Below, piece by piece: positions 1-9,567 of a stretch of 32,000 bases of DNA; position 1 is the stretch's first letter, and the number at the start of each line of letters is the position of its first letter. The notes under the pieces were generated by a model. That model was not told the DNA's origin. It saw only the letters and a list, made by a program, of their open reading frames with translations, and made no database searches. The stretch comes from Lysobacteraceae bacterium (GTDB lineage: Bacteria; Pseudomonadota; Gammaproteobacteria; Xanthomonadales; Xanthomonadaceae): positions 18,080 through 50,079 of the forward strand of contig JAISFF010000080.1 in the NCBI GenBank assembly GCA_031263725.1, read 5' to 3'. Both the position numbers and the translations under genes were made by a program.

Positions 1-637
<637 letters not shown>

Positions 638-655
638 TTAGCAGGCCGCGCGCAT

Positions 656-1168
656 TCAGTCGCCAGATTCGACATCCAGGACGGTCCGGATCGTATCGCC
701 ATCGAAACCCCGCCGGATCAGCAATCCCATTGCCTTGCGCTTTATGGACAACTCCGCGAGCCGCTTCCGATCGAAACGCCGGGTCAACAGATGCCGGGCG
801 CGCTCGATCCACTCCCCGGCGAATTCCGCGAGCACGGCATCAATCACCCCCGGCTCCAGCCCATGAGTCGCCAGCTCGACCCGGATGCGAACAGGCCCGT
901 AGCCGGCATTGGCCCGGGTCCTGGTCAAGGATTCGGCGAAGCGTCCATCATCCTGTAACCCGGCATTAGACAGCCTTTCGATGGCAGCGTCCGCCGCCTC
1001 CGCATCAATGCCCCTGGCATTCAATTTGCGCGCAAGCTCCTTGCGAGAGTGTTCGCGCCGGACCAGCATTCCAAGCGCCCGCTGCACCGGTGTCTGCTCC
1101 GACGAGGAACGCGACTTTCTCGATCGTGGCGAGGTGGAACCGTTTTCTTCTTGCATATGGCGCGACAT
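656..1168 (-). CDS. recX: RecA regulator RecX
   Basis: The track ORF 656..1225 opens at a TTG. I prefer the internal ATG at 1166-1168 (MSRHMQEENG...). The body (QRALGMLVRREHSRKELARKLNARGIDAEAADAAIERLSNAGLQDDGRFAESLTRTR...KRKAMGLLIRRGF) looks like the repeated helical RecX fold. The gene lies between recA and alaS. Confidence 0.85.
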   Translation of the reverse strand: MSRHMQEENGSTSPRSRKSRSSSEQTPVQRALGMLVRREHSRKELARKLNARGIDAEAADAAIERLSNAGLQDDGRFAESLTRTRANAGYGPVRIRVELATHGLEPGVIDAVLAEFAGEWIERARHLLTRRFDRKRLAELSIKRKAMGLLIRRGFDGDTIRTVLDVESGD

Positions 1169-1568
1169 TTTCCCTGGTTCATCGGGCAGTCCGGAATGGA
1201 GAATCCGGCCCGGGACAGAAGGCAACGACGAGAAACCCGAGCCAAAAGCGTGCCCTCCCTGGCACTACGATTTCCATTATCTCGCCCTTCCCTGTTCATC
1301 CCCTGTTCCCGCCGATACATCGATGCGTCCACTGTACGGGCAGAAGAGGGATTCCGGTGACCCATCAAAGAGTTCCGTGACACGGGAAGTTCACGATTCC
1401 CATCCGTCCACATCACGGCCCAGCAATCCGGTTTCGCCTCCTGCCGCTTCCTGTACCTGTATCTCCTTGCAACCACACAAACACAACGGGCGGCCCGATC
1501 CCGATTCAAAAGGCCGGGATGAATGAGCGTCACTGACAGAATCCCATTCATCACCGGCGCAATCTCGC

Positions 1569-2597
1569 TCAGTCCTCGCCTTCTTCCGATTCCTCCTTAT
1601 CCACTTCCGGCTGGAACTTCTCGCGCAACTCGGCTTCGAGCCTGGCCGCCAGTTGCGGGTTGTCACGGAAGTACTGCCGCGCGTTGTCCTTGCCCTGGCC
1701 GATACGCTCGTCGTTATAGCTGTACCAGGCACCCGCCTTGTCCACCAGCTTGGCATCCACGCCCATGTCGATCAGTTCGCCCTCGCGGCTGATGCCCTCG
1801 CCATAGAGAATCTCCGTAACGACCTGTTTGAACGGCGGCGCCATCTTGTTCTTGACCACCTTGATCTTGGTCTGGTTGCCAATGATCTCGTCGCCTTTCT
1901 TGATCGCGCCGATACGGCGGATGTCCAGACGCACCGATGCATAGAACTTCAGCGCGTTGCCGCCGGTCGTGGTTTCCGGACTCTGTCCCGGCATCATCAC
2001 GCCGATTTTCATTCGCAGCTGGTTGATGAAGATCACCAGCGCATTGGAGCGCTTGATGTTGCCGGTCAGCTTGCGCAATGCCTGGCTCATCAGACGAGCC
2101 TGCAGGCCCGGCAACTGGTCGCCCATCTCGCCTTCGATTTCGGCGCGCGGCGTCAGCGCGGCCACCGAGTCGATCACCACGATATCGACCGACCCCGAGC
2201 GAACCAGCATGTCGGCGATCTCCAGCGCCTGCTCGCCGGTATCGGGCTGCGACAGCAGCATTTCATCGACATTCACACCCAGTTTACCGGCGTAGATGGG
2301 ATCCAGCGCATGCTCGGCATCGATGAAGGCGGCGGTTCCGCCCAGCTTCTGGCATTGGGCAATGGACTGCAGCGCCAGAGTGGTCTTGCCGGAAGACTCG
2401 GGACCGTAGATTTCGACCACGCGGCCCTTGGGCAGGCCGCCGATGCCCAGCGCGATGTCAAGCATCAGCGAGCCGGTCGGTACGATCTCGACTGCTTCGA
2501 TCACACGGTCGCCCATGCGCATGACCGAGCCTTTGCCGAACTGCTTTTCGATCTGGCTCAGCGCCGCGGCCAAGGCGCGTTTCTTGTTCTCGTCCAT
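1569..2597 (-). CDS. recA: recombinase RecA
   Basis: The track ORF 1569..2744 is over-extended. The true start is the ATG at 2595-2597 ([30 protein letters not shown]...). It has the Walker A motif GPESSGKTT, and L2 [36 protein letters not shown]. It is near-identical in pattern to xanthomonad RecA. Confidence 0.97.
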   Translation of the reverse strand: MDENKKRALAAALSQIEKQFGKGSVMRMGDRVIEAVEIVPTGSLMLDIALGIGGLPKGRVVEIYGPESSGKTTLALQSIAQCQKLGGTAAFIDAEHALDPIYAGKLGVNVDEMLLSQPDTGEQALEIADMLVRSGSVDIVVIDSVAALTPRAEIEGEMGDQLPGLQARLMSQALRKLTGNIKRSNALVIFINQLRMKIGVMMPGQSPETTTGGNALKFYASVRLDIRRIGAIKKGDEIIGNQTKIKVVKNKMAPPFKQVVTEILYGEGISREGELIDMGVDAKLVDKAGAWYSYNDERIGQGKDNARQYFRDNPQLAARLEAELREKFQPEVDKEESEEGED

Positions 2598-2779
2598 CGT
2601 GTGGTCCTCAAGGGTTGATTTCTGGAATGGGGGCAGTATGCCGGGAGGCAATCGCACAGGCTGCGACAGTCGTGCAGAGTGAAGAAAATAATGTCTGCCG
2701 GGAGGCGGCCATAGCGGCAAATCCCTCTGCAACGCGTAGGACATGCCCGATCATGATGGTATCGATAGCCTGATACATG

Positions 2780-3421
2780 TCAGCGGTTGGGCCGAATCAG
2801 GCCGCAGTACAGCCCTTCGATGGCGAAATCCTGGTCGGGCAACACTTCGATCGGTGCAAAGTCGGGATTGCGCGGCAGCAGACGGATGTGGCCCTTGCCG
2901 ATCCTGAGCAGCTTGACCGTGATCTCTTCTTCGATCCGGGCCACGACGATCTGCCCGGAGCGCGCCTCGGAAGTCCGGTGCACGCCGATCAGATCACCGT
3001 TGAATATGCCTTCGTCGCGCATCGAATCGCCTTTCACCTTCAGCAGGTAATCCGGCTTGGGCGAGAACAGCGCCCAGTCGAGCACCAGATAGTCCTCCGC
3101 CTCGACGGGCGCATCGGCGCCGATCGGTGCGCCGGCCGCAACCTGTCCCAGCACCGGAAGGCGCAAGGCGTTCTGTTCCAGGCGCAACGCATGCTGGACC
3201 GGTTGCACCTGCTTCCGCAGCAGGCGGATGCCGCGTGCGCGTCCGGGGATGCGTTCGATGGCGCCGGCCTGTTCCAATGCTTCCAGGTGGTATTGCGCGG
3301 CGCGCACGCCCTTGAACTGGAATGCCCGCGCGATTTCGGTCTGCGACGGCGGCATGCCGTCGTACTCGATGCGCTCGGCGATCATGGCCAGAATGGCTTG
3401 CTGGGTATCGGTCAGGTCCAT
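2780..3421 (-). CDS. lexA: SOS repressor LexA
   Basis: MDLTDTQQAILAMIAERIEYDGMPPSQTEIARAFQFKGVRAAQYHLEALEQAGAIERIPGRARGIRL is the winged-HTH domain. There is an Ala-Gly cleavage site (VAAGAP), a GDSM catalytic Ser and a downstream Lys (VKLL). The ATG at 3419-3421 was verified. Confidence 0.95.
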   Translation of the reverse strand: MDLTDTQQAILAMIAERIEYDGMPPSQTEIARAFQFKGVRAAQYHLEALEQAGAIERIPGRARGIRLLRKQVQPVQHALRLEQNALRLPVLGQVAAGAPIGADAPVEAEDYLVLDWALFSPKPDYLLKVKGDSMRDEGIFNGDLIGVHRTSEARSGQIVVARIEEEITVKLLRIGKGHIRLLPRNPDFAPIEVLPDQDFAIEGLYCGLIRPNR

Positions 3422-3422
3422 G

Positions 3423-3441
3423 TTAGCAGTATTACTACTAA
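3423..3441. promoter_or_regulatory. LexA operator of the xanthomonad type (TTAG-N6-TACTA)
   Basis: TTAGCAGTATTACTACTAA is the core of an 11-1-11 near-perfect palindrome, TGTTAGCAGTA-T-TACTACTAACA (one mismatch). It fits the TTAG-N6-TACTA SOS box described for Xylella/Xanthomonas. It lies directly 5' of the lexA ATG. Confidence 0.7.
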
Positions 3442-3470
3442 CAGCTCGGCCGTCAATCCCCCCTGTGGCG

Positions 3471-5156
3471 CTAACCGCCGCGGCCGCTGCGCCAGATCGA
3501 AAACAGGATCCAGACCCCGCATGCCACCGCGCTTACCAGGCCCAGCAGCACCAGAACCGATATCCAGGTACCGGAAACACCACCCGAAATATTGGCCAGG
3601 ATCGACAGGCCGACGATCAGTGCCGCTGTTATCACACCCATTGTCAATCGGTTGGCGGCACGGTTGATCTGATCGCCGAAGGCCTGCAGAGACGGCGTTT
3701 CGATCTGCAACCGCAAGCGGCCGTTGCGCGCCATCGACAACAGACGCCGCAGATCCCTGGGCAGGTCGGCCAGCAGATCCACCGCACCGAGCAGCGTCTG
3801 GCGTCCGCGCCGCATCAACATCCTGGGCGAATAGCGATGCAGCAGCGCCCGTTCCAGATAGGGCCGTGCCTCGCTGGCCATGTCGAAATCCGGATCCAGT
3901 TGCCGGCCCAGTCCTTCCAAGGTCAGGAACGTCTTGATCATCAACGCCAGATCCGGCGGCAGCATCAGGCCGTGATCGCGCAGGATATGCGTCACGTCCG
4001 ACAGCATCATCCCCATCCGCAGTTCCTTCAGGGGAACGCCGCGGTATTGATCGACGAAGCTGTCGACATCGATCTGCAGGCGCGCTTCGTCGATTTCGGC
4101 GTCGCTGCTGCCCCAGCTGATGAGCACCTCCGACACCGACTCGGAATCCTGCTCGACCAGGCCGTGCAGGAGTTGCGCCACCTGGAAGCGCCGCTGCTCG
4201 GATACCCGCCCGACCATGCCGAAATCGATCAGTCCGATCCGGTTGCCGGGCAGGTAGAAGATGTTCCCGGGGTGCGGATCGGCGTGGAAGAAACCGTCCT
4301 CCAGGACCATCTTCAGGGTGATGCCGGCGCCGACCCGCGCCAGTTGCTTGCGATCCAGCCCGGCCGCGTCCGCCGCTTCCATGTCGCGGCCGGGAATGCC
4401 GTCGATGAACTCCTGGGTATTGAACCGTTCGCAGGTCCATTGCCAATACACCCGGGGAATGACGATCTCGCCATGGTCGCGCAGGTTGTCCGCGATGCGC
4501 TCGGCATTCCGGCATTCGGCCGCGAAGTCCAGTTCGCGACGCAGGGAGATGGTGAATTGCTGCACCACTTCCCGGGGATGGTAACGGCGCAGATCGGGCA
4601 GTTGCGATTCGACTATCTCGGCGAGTCTGGTCAGCAGGCGCAGGTCCGCTTCCACCACCGCCTCGATGCCGGGACGCCGCACCTTCAGCACCACGGCCGT
4701 CCCATCGTTCAGCCATGCGCGATGGGTCTGCGCCAGGGACGCGGCCGCCAGCGCCTTGTGTTCCAGACGCAGGAACATCCTCTCCGGCTCTTCGCCCAGG
4801 CCCTCCTTCAGTTGCGGGCGGATTTCCTCGAACGGGAGTGCGGGCACCGAACTCTGCAGTTCGCTCAATTCGGCGATCCAGTCCGGCGGGAACAGGTCGA
4901 CGCGGGTGGCCAGCACCTGCCCCAGCTTGACGAAGGTCGGCCCCAGATCCTCCAGCGCGCGCCGTACCCGCACCGGAGTGCTCATCGTCAGGTACTCCTC
5001 GGCGCCTTCCCAGCGCAGCAGCTTGCCGGCGCGCTCGAGCGGCCCGGCAACGCCGATGCGTTGCACCAGATCACCGAATCCATACCGGATCAATACCGAG
5101 GCGATCTCATGTATGCGCCCGAAATCCCTTATCGTGTCCAGCGTTTCCCACATCAT
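3471..5156 (-). CDS. ABC1/UbiB-family atypical protein kinase with two C-terminal TM helices
   Basis: It has FVKLGQVLATRVDLFPPDWIAELSELQSSVP, HADPHPGNIF and IDFGMVG motifs and a hydrophobic C-terminus. The track start at 5165 is a GTG only 2 nt from an AGGAGG. I prefer the ATG at 5154-5156, spaced about 11 nt from that SD. Confidence 0.85.
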   Translation of the reverse strand: MMWETLDTIRDFGRIHEIASVLIRYGFGDLVQRIGVAGPLERAGKLLRWEGAEEYLTMSTPVRVRRALEDLGPTFVKLGQVLATRVDLFPPDWIAELSELQSSVPALPFEEIRPQLKEGLGEEPERMFLRLEHKALAAASLAQTHRAWLNDGTAVVLKVRRPGIEAVVEADLRLLTRLAEIVESQLPDLRRYHPREVVQQFTISLRRELDFAAECRNAERIADNLRDHGEIVIPRVYWQWTCERFNTQEFIDGIPGRDMEAADAAGLDRKQLARVGAGITLKMVLEDGFFHADPHPGNIFYLPGNRIGLIDFGMVGRVSEQRRFQVAQLLHGLVEQDSESVSEVLISWGSSDAEIDEARLQIDVDSFVDQYRGVPLKELRMGMMLSDVTHILRDHGLMLPPDLALMIKTFLTLEGLGRQLDPDFDMASEARPYLERALLHRYSPRMLMRRGRQTLLGAVDLLADLPRDLRRLLSMARNGRLRLQIETPSLQAFGDQINRAANRLTMGVITAALIVGLSILANISGGVSGTWISVLVLLGLVSAVACGVWILFSIWRSGRGG

Positions 5157-5218
5157 CTCGACCACTGCCTCCTGTTACAGGTTGCCGTATCGCGCAGGAT
5201 ACCCGCTGCGCGGTGTCT

Positions 5219-5713
5219 TCAGAGTCTCGCCCGCAATCCTTGCAGCGCCGCCATGACCGCCTGCCGCCGTACCGCGTCGCGATCGCCATCGAAGCGGAAG
5301 ACCTGCGCATCGCCGGTGCGGTCGCGCCGCTGCCAGGCGATCCAGACCGTTCCCACTGGCTTGTCTTCCGTACCGCCGCCGGGACCAGCGATTCCACTCA
5401 CTGCGACGGCGACATCGCCACAGGAATGCCGCAGCGCCCCTGACGCCATTTCCAGCACGCATTCGCGACTGACCGCACCATGGATCTCCAGCGTCCGCCG
5501 GTTCACGCCCAGCAAGGCCTGCTTGGACGCGTTGCTGTAGGTGGCCATCCCGCAGTCGAACCATGCGGATGAACCGGCGACATCGGTGACGATCTTGGCG
5601 ATCCATCCACCGGTGCAGCTCTCCGCAGTCACCAGGCGCAGCCCGGAACCGAACAGGCTTTGGCCGAGATCGACGGCCCGCTGCCGCAACTGGGTCTGGG
5701 TTGGGATAGTCAT
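5219..5713 (-). CDS. pncC: nicotinamide-nucleotide amidohydrolase, CinA C-terminal domain type (PncC)
   Basis: 164 aa. The motifs LVTAESCTGGWIAKIVTDVAGSSAWFDCGMATYSNASK and SGIAGPGGG are typical of stand-alone PncC/YgaD-like proteins. Confidence 0.8.
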   Translation of the reverse strand: MTIPTQTQLRQRAVDLGQSLFGSGLRLVTAESCTGGWIAKIVTDVAGSSAWFDCGMATYSNASKQALLGVNRRTLEIHGAVSRECVLEMASGALRHSCGDVAVAVSGIAGPGGGTEDKPVGTVWIAWQRRDRTGDAQVFRFDGDRDAVRRQAVMAALQGLRARL

Positions 5714-6148
5714 CGCTTCGCTCCGGATTGAAAACGGTCAATCGGCACCACGATACCGGGTTTCAGTCTTCCCAGGCTTCGCCGGGAAAATCGCTGAACC
5801 TTTCATGCCAGCAGAACCATCCGGAGAATGCTGCCCATCAGGCATGGCCCTGCGCATCCAGCCAGGGACGGCGGCCGGACAAGGCCTTGGCCATCCGCGC
5901 GCGCGAACTCCTCGCTCCAGACGATAGGCCAATCGAAACCGCAGGCATTTCCGTGTATCGGAAACCAGCCGATCCGGGGTTTTGCGGATTTCCGCCGGGT
6001 GCGCTCGCGCAGATGCGGGTTCAATCGCGCCTGTTGCGGAATGGTCGCCACCCCGGCTTGCAGAGCCGCATTGAACCGCGCCGCGCGACCCGCATTGTCT
6101 CTCCGGACAATGGGCCGTCTACGCTCCCCTTGGATGCGGGCTTTCCGT

Positions 6149-7099
6149 TCAACGGATATGCGGGGCGGTAGCGCAGGAATCGCCGCCGCAATGCTCGGTT
6201 TCCATCTGCAGTGTCGTGTGTTCGATATCAAACCGATCGCGCAACATCTGCCGCAGCTCCCGACAAAGCCGATCCAAGTTTCCCCGCTCCCCCACCACGA
6301 CATGCGCGGTCATGGCCGGCGTATTGGATGCCAGCGACCAGATATGCACATCATGGATGTCGCTCACGCCCGGATGCTCGCGCAGCGCCCGACGCAGCTT
6401 TTCCAGATCGAATCCTTTGGGTACGCCTTCCATCAGAACGTTGCCCGCTTCGCGCACCAGCATCCAGGTCCGCGGCAACACCCACAGTCCGATCAGCACC
6501 GCGAGTATCGTGTCGATCATCTCCCAGCCGGTAAAACGGATCACCAGCGCACCGATGATGACCGCCAGCGAACCCAGCATGTCACTCCAGACTTCCAGAT
6601 AGGCGCCTTTGACATTGAGGCTTGCGCCAGCTGCCGCGCGCAACAGCCGCATCGAGATCAGGTTGATCACCAGACCGGCGATGGCGATGACCAGCATCAT
6701 GCCGGACACCACTTCCTGCGGCTGCCGGAAACGCTGCCAGGCCTCCCACAGAATGTAGCCGGCCACAACGAACAGCAGGCCGCCATTGACCAGCGCGCCC
6801 AGCGCCTCGAACCGCACATAGCCATACGTACGCTTGGCATCCGCCGGCTTGCGGCTGAGCCGTACCGCCACCAGCGCGATCACCAGCGCCAGCGTATCGG
6901 TCGCCATGTGCGCCGCATCGGACAGCAGCGCCAGACTGTTGGCCAAGATCGCGCCGACCACTTCAACCAGCAGGAACAGCCCGGTCAACCCCAATGCCAT
7001 CCACAACGGCTTTTCGTAGCGGATGGTGCCCGGCAAATGGCTATGCCCAGTCCCGTGATCGTGTCCGTGGTCGTGAGAGTGCGTATCGTGCGATGTCAT
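6149..7099 (-). CDS. czcD: cation diffusion facilitator Zn/Co/Cd efflux transporter
   Basis: It has a His-rich N-terminus (HDTHSHDHGHDHGTGHSH), six TM segments with LSDAAHMATD and EVWSDMLGS metal-site motifs, and a C-terminal cytoplasmic domain (DIHDVHIWSL). Confidence 0.85.
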   Translation of the reverse strand: MTSHDTHSHDHGHDHGTGHSHLPGTIRYEKPLWMALGLTGLFLLVEVVGAILANSLALLSDAAHMATDTLALVIALVAVRLSRKPADAKRTYGYVRFEALGALVNGGLLFVVAGYILWEAWQRFRQPQEVVSGMMLVIAIAGLVINLISMRLLRAAAGASLNVKGAYLEVWSDMLGSLAVIIGALVIRFTGWEMIDTILAVLIGLWVLPRTWMLVREAGNVLMEGVPKGFDLEKLRRALREHPGVSDIHDVHIWSLASNTPAMTAHVVVGERGNLDRLCRELRQMLRDRFDIEHTTLQMETEHCGGDSCATAPHIR

Positions 7100-7454
7100 A
7101 ATCGCCCCCGGAATCGTCTGCGCGCACTATCGCCCAGTGGCCCGGCGGAGACTATTACATTCCCGCAGACCGGCCGGGCTTCCATCGAAGCCAGTGTTTC
7201 ATGCCGCCGTGTCTATCGTGTCCATGACTTCACAGTGCTGCACGGTTCTGACGCTTCGATACCCCGTCTTGACCTTCATCGACGGATGATGAACGCCATG
7301 CGCGTCATCAATTCCATCCAGATCAATCCGCAACATCGTCGGTTCATGCTGACGCCGGTAGTCACGTAATGAAGAGCATCGCGAACAAGCGGCATGCCGT
7401 GTCATCGGGTCAGCGCATGAATCCCCCCTCTTCATCCTTAGCACGGAGAATTCC

Positions 7455-8909
7455 ATGAACGATATTCTGAAGTCCCCCCTTTTCCGCCAGCAGGCCTATA
7501 TCGACGGCCAGTGGCACGCTGCCGATGGCGGCGCCACCATCGAAGTCACCAATCCCGCCACCGGAAAGCCACTGGGAACGGTTCCGAAAATGGGCACGGC
7601 GGAAACCCGCCGCGCGATCGAAGCCGCGCAGCGCGCCTGGCCGGAATGGCGCGCGCTCACCGCGCAGGAACGCAGCCGGATCCTGCGCTACTGGTTCGAC
7701 CTGATGATGGCCAATCAGGAAGGCCTGGCCCTGTTGATGACGCTGGAACAGGGCAAGCCGCTGGCCGAATCGCGCGGCGAGATCGCCTATGCCGCCAGTT
7801 TCATCGAGTGGTTCGCGGAAGAAGGCAAGCGCGCCTACGGCGACACCATTCCCGCTCCCAGCCGCGACCGCCGCATCGTGGTCGTGCGCGAGCCTATCGG
7901 CATCTGCGCCGCGATCACTCCGTGGAACTTCCCCGCCGCGATGATCGCCCGCAAGGCCGGCCCTGCTCTCGCGGCCGGTTGTCCGATGGTGGTCAAGCCA
8001 GCCTCGCAGACGCCATTCTCGGCGCTGGCACTGGCCTATCTCGGCGAGCAGGCCGGCATCCCGGCAGGCGTGTTCTCGGTGGTAACCGGCTCGGCTTCCG
8101 AGATCGGCGCGGAACTGACCGGCAATCCGCTGGTCCGCAAACTCAGCTTCACCGGTTCCACCGAGGTGGGCCGCGAACTGATGAAGCAATCGGCGCCGAC
8201 GCTGAAAAAACTGTCGATGGAACTGGGCGGCAACACCCCCTTCATCGTGTTCGACGATGCCGATCTGGATGCGGCCGTCGAAGGCGCCATAGTCTCCAAG
8301 TACCGGAACTCCGGACAAACCTGCGTCTGCGTCAACCGCTTCTATGTCCACGCCGAGGTTTACGACGCATTCGCCGAAAAGCTGGTGACTGCGGTACGCA
8401 AGCTGAAAGTCGGTGATGGCACCCAGGAGGGCGTTTCCCAGGGTCCGCTGATCGACGACAAGGCCATGACCAAGGTCCGCGAACACATCGCCGATGCGCT
8501 GGAGCACGGTGGCCGGCTGCTGCTCGGTGGACACCCGCATTCGCTGGGCCAGACCTTTTTCGAACCGACGGTGATCGTCGATGCCAACGCGAAGATGAAA
8601 CTGGCGAAAGAGGAAACCTTCGGCCCGGTCTCCGCACTGTTCCGCTTCCACAGCGACGAGGAGGCCATCGCTTTCTCCAACGATACCGAATTCGGTCTGG
8701 CCAGCTATTTCTACAGCCGCGACATCGGCCGCGTCTGGCGCGTCGCCGAAGCGCTGGAATACGGCATGGTTGGCATCAATACCGGATTGATATCCACCGA
8801 GATCGCACCGTTTGGCGGCGTGAAGCAATCGGGATTCGGCCGCGAAGGCTCGTACTACGGCATCGACGACTATCTGGTCGTCAAATACCTGGCGATGGCG
8901 GGACTCTGA
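7455..8909 (+). CDS. gabD: NAD(P)+-dependent succinate-semialdehyde dehydrogenase
   Basis: 484 aa aldehyde dehydrogenase with FTGSTEVG, ELGGNTP and catalytic Cys in GQTCVCVNR. It resembles GabD end to end. A GGAGA SD sits before the ATG at 7455. Confidence 0.9.
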   Translation: MNDILKSPLFRQQAYIDGQWHAADGGATIEVTNPATGKPLGTVPKMGTAETRRAIEAAQRAWPEWRALTAQERSRILRYWFDLMMANQEGLALLMTLEQGKPLAESRGEIAYAASFIEWFAEEGKRAYGDTIPAPSRDRRIVVVREPIGICAAITPWNFPAAMIARKAGPALAAGCPMVVKPASQTPFSALALAYLGEQAGIPAGVFSVVTGSASEIGAELTGNPLVRKLSFTGSTEVGRELMKQSAPTLKKLSMELGGNTPFIVFDDADLDAAVEGAIVSKYRNSGQTCVCVNRFYVHAEVYDAFAEKLVTAVRKLKVGDGTQEGVSQGPLIDDKAMTKVREHIADALEHGGRLLLGGHPHSLGQTFFEPTVIVDANAKMKLAKEETFGPVSALFRFHSDEEAIAFSNDTEFGLASYFYSRDIGRVWRVAEALEYGMVGINTGLISTEIAPFGGVKQSGFGREGSYYGIDDYLVVKYLAMAGL

Positions 8910-9000
8910 GCAAAAAAAGCCGCACCTTGCCGGCAGATGGAAAGGTACGGCGACATGGCGCGCGTTGCACCGTTCGAACAGGCCAAGGCAGGCATCGCCG

Positions 9001-9567
9001 CTAGAGCGCCAGCGTCCGCCTGACCTGTTCGACGAACTGCGGGTCCGGCGTCAGATTGGATACTTCCGTCCGCGCCAGGACCCGGCCCTCGGCATCCAGC
9101 AGCACCCAGACGCTGGTGTGGTTGAAACTGCCGTCTTTCAGCTTGCGATAGCGGATATCGAGAATACCGGCCAACGCCCTGACATCCGCCGCTCGCGGCG
9201 CGAGCAGGCTCCAGCGCCGCATGTCCAATTGATGCTTCTGGGCGGTATCCGTGAGCACCGCCGGCGTGTCCCGTTCCGGATCCATGCTGATCAGCACGAA
9301 TTCCGTAGCCTCCGGCAGGGACTCGCCCAACCGGCGCTGGATCTGCTTGCCATGCTCGATAATCAGGGGACAGGCCATGGGGCAATGCGAATAGAACATC
9401 GACACCAGTCTGGCGGAACCCTGCAACGCACTCCATTCCCGGGTCACGCCATCCTGGTCGGAGAAGGTCGCCGGCAACCGATAGACCGAATCGCCCGGCA
9501 ATTCCGCCGCCATCGTCGTTCCAGCGGACAGAAACAGGCACAACAACAAACCGATTCCGTATTTCAT
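9001..9567 (-). CDS. SCO1/SenC-family thioredoxin-fold copper chaperone (exported)
   Basis: It has a signal peptide MKYGIGLLLCLFLSAGTTMA, a CxxxC copper motif (HCPMACP) and a distal His (FNHTSVW). Its ATG overlaps the nirV stop (ATGA, plus strand TCAT at 9564-9567). Confidence 0.8.
   Translation of the reverse strand: MKYGIGLLLCLFLSAGTTMAAELPGDSVYRLPATFSDQDGVTREWSALQGSARLVSMFYSHCPMACPLIIEHGKQIQRRLGESLPEATEFVLISMDPERDTPAVLTDTAQKHQLDMRRWSLLAPRAADVRALAGILDIRYRKLKDGSFNHTSVWVLLDAEGRVLARTEVSNLTPDPQFVEQVRRTLAL

Noticed and set aside
2598-2779. E. coli-type SOS box (CTGT-N8-ACAG) upstream of recA
   Set aside because: The closest candidate on the recA strand is CTGCCCCCATTCCAG. It has CTG-N9-CAG spacing and lacks the T/A-rich core. 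This lineage uses TTAG-N6-TACTA, of which only a half-site-like ATACTGC is present.
3228-5540. 770-aa plus-strand ORF
   Set aside because: It lies entirely antisense to the UbiB-like kinase and pncC genes. Its composition is low-complexity and R/Q/H/P/A-rich with no motifs. This is the typical stop-poor shadow frame of a high-GC gene.
7199-7456. 85-aa minus-strand ORF in the czcD-gabD divergent spacer (contains DDAHGVHHPS)
   Set aside because: It has no SD, its ATG overlaps the gabD ATG, and its GC3 is low relative to real genes. I recognise no motif. The 355-nt spacer is more simply a divergent promoter region. I found only weak inverted repeats (GCCCGGC/GCCGGGC) and no convincing metal-regulator operator.
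8911-8935. Possible terminator for the SCO1-like gene: GCCGGCAAGGTGCGGC followed by T7 on the minus strand
   Set aside because: The stem is only 4 bp with an 8-nt loop. The T-run is suggestive, but the hairpin is too weak for me to call as a feature.
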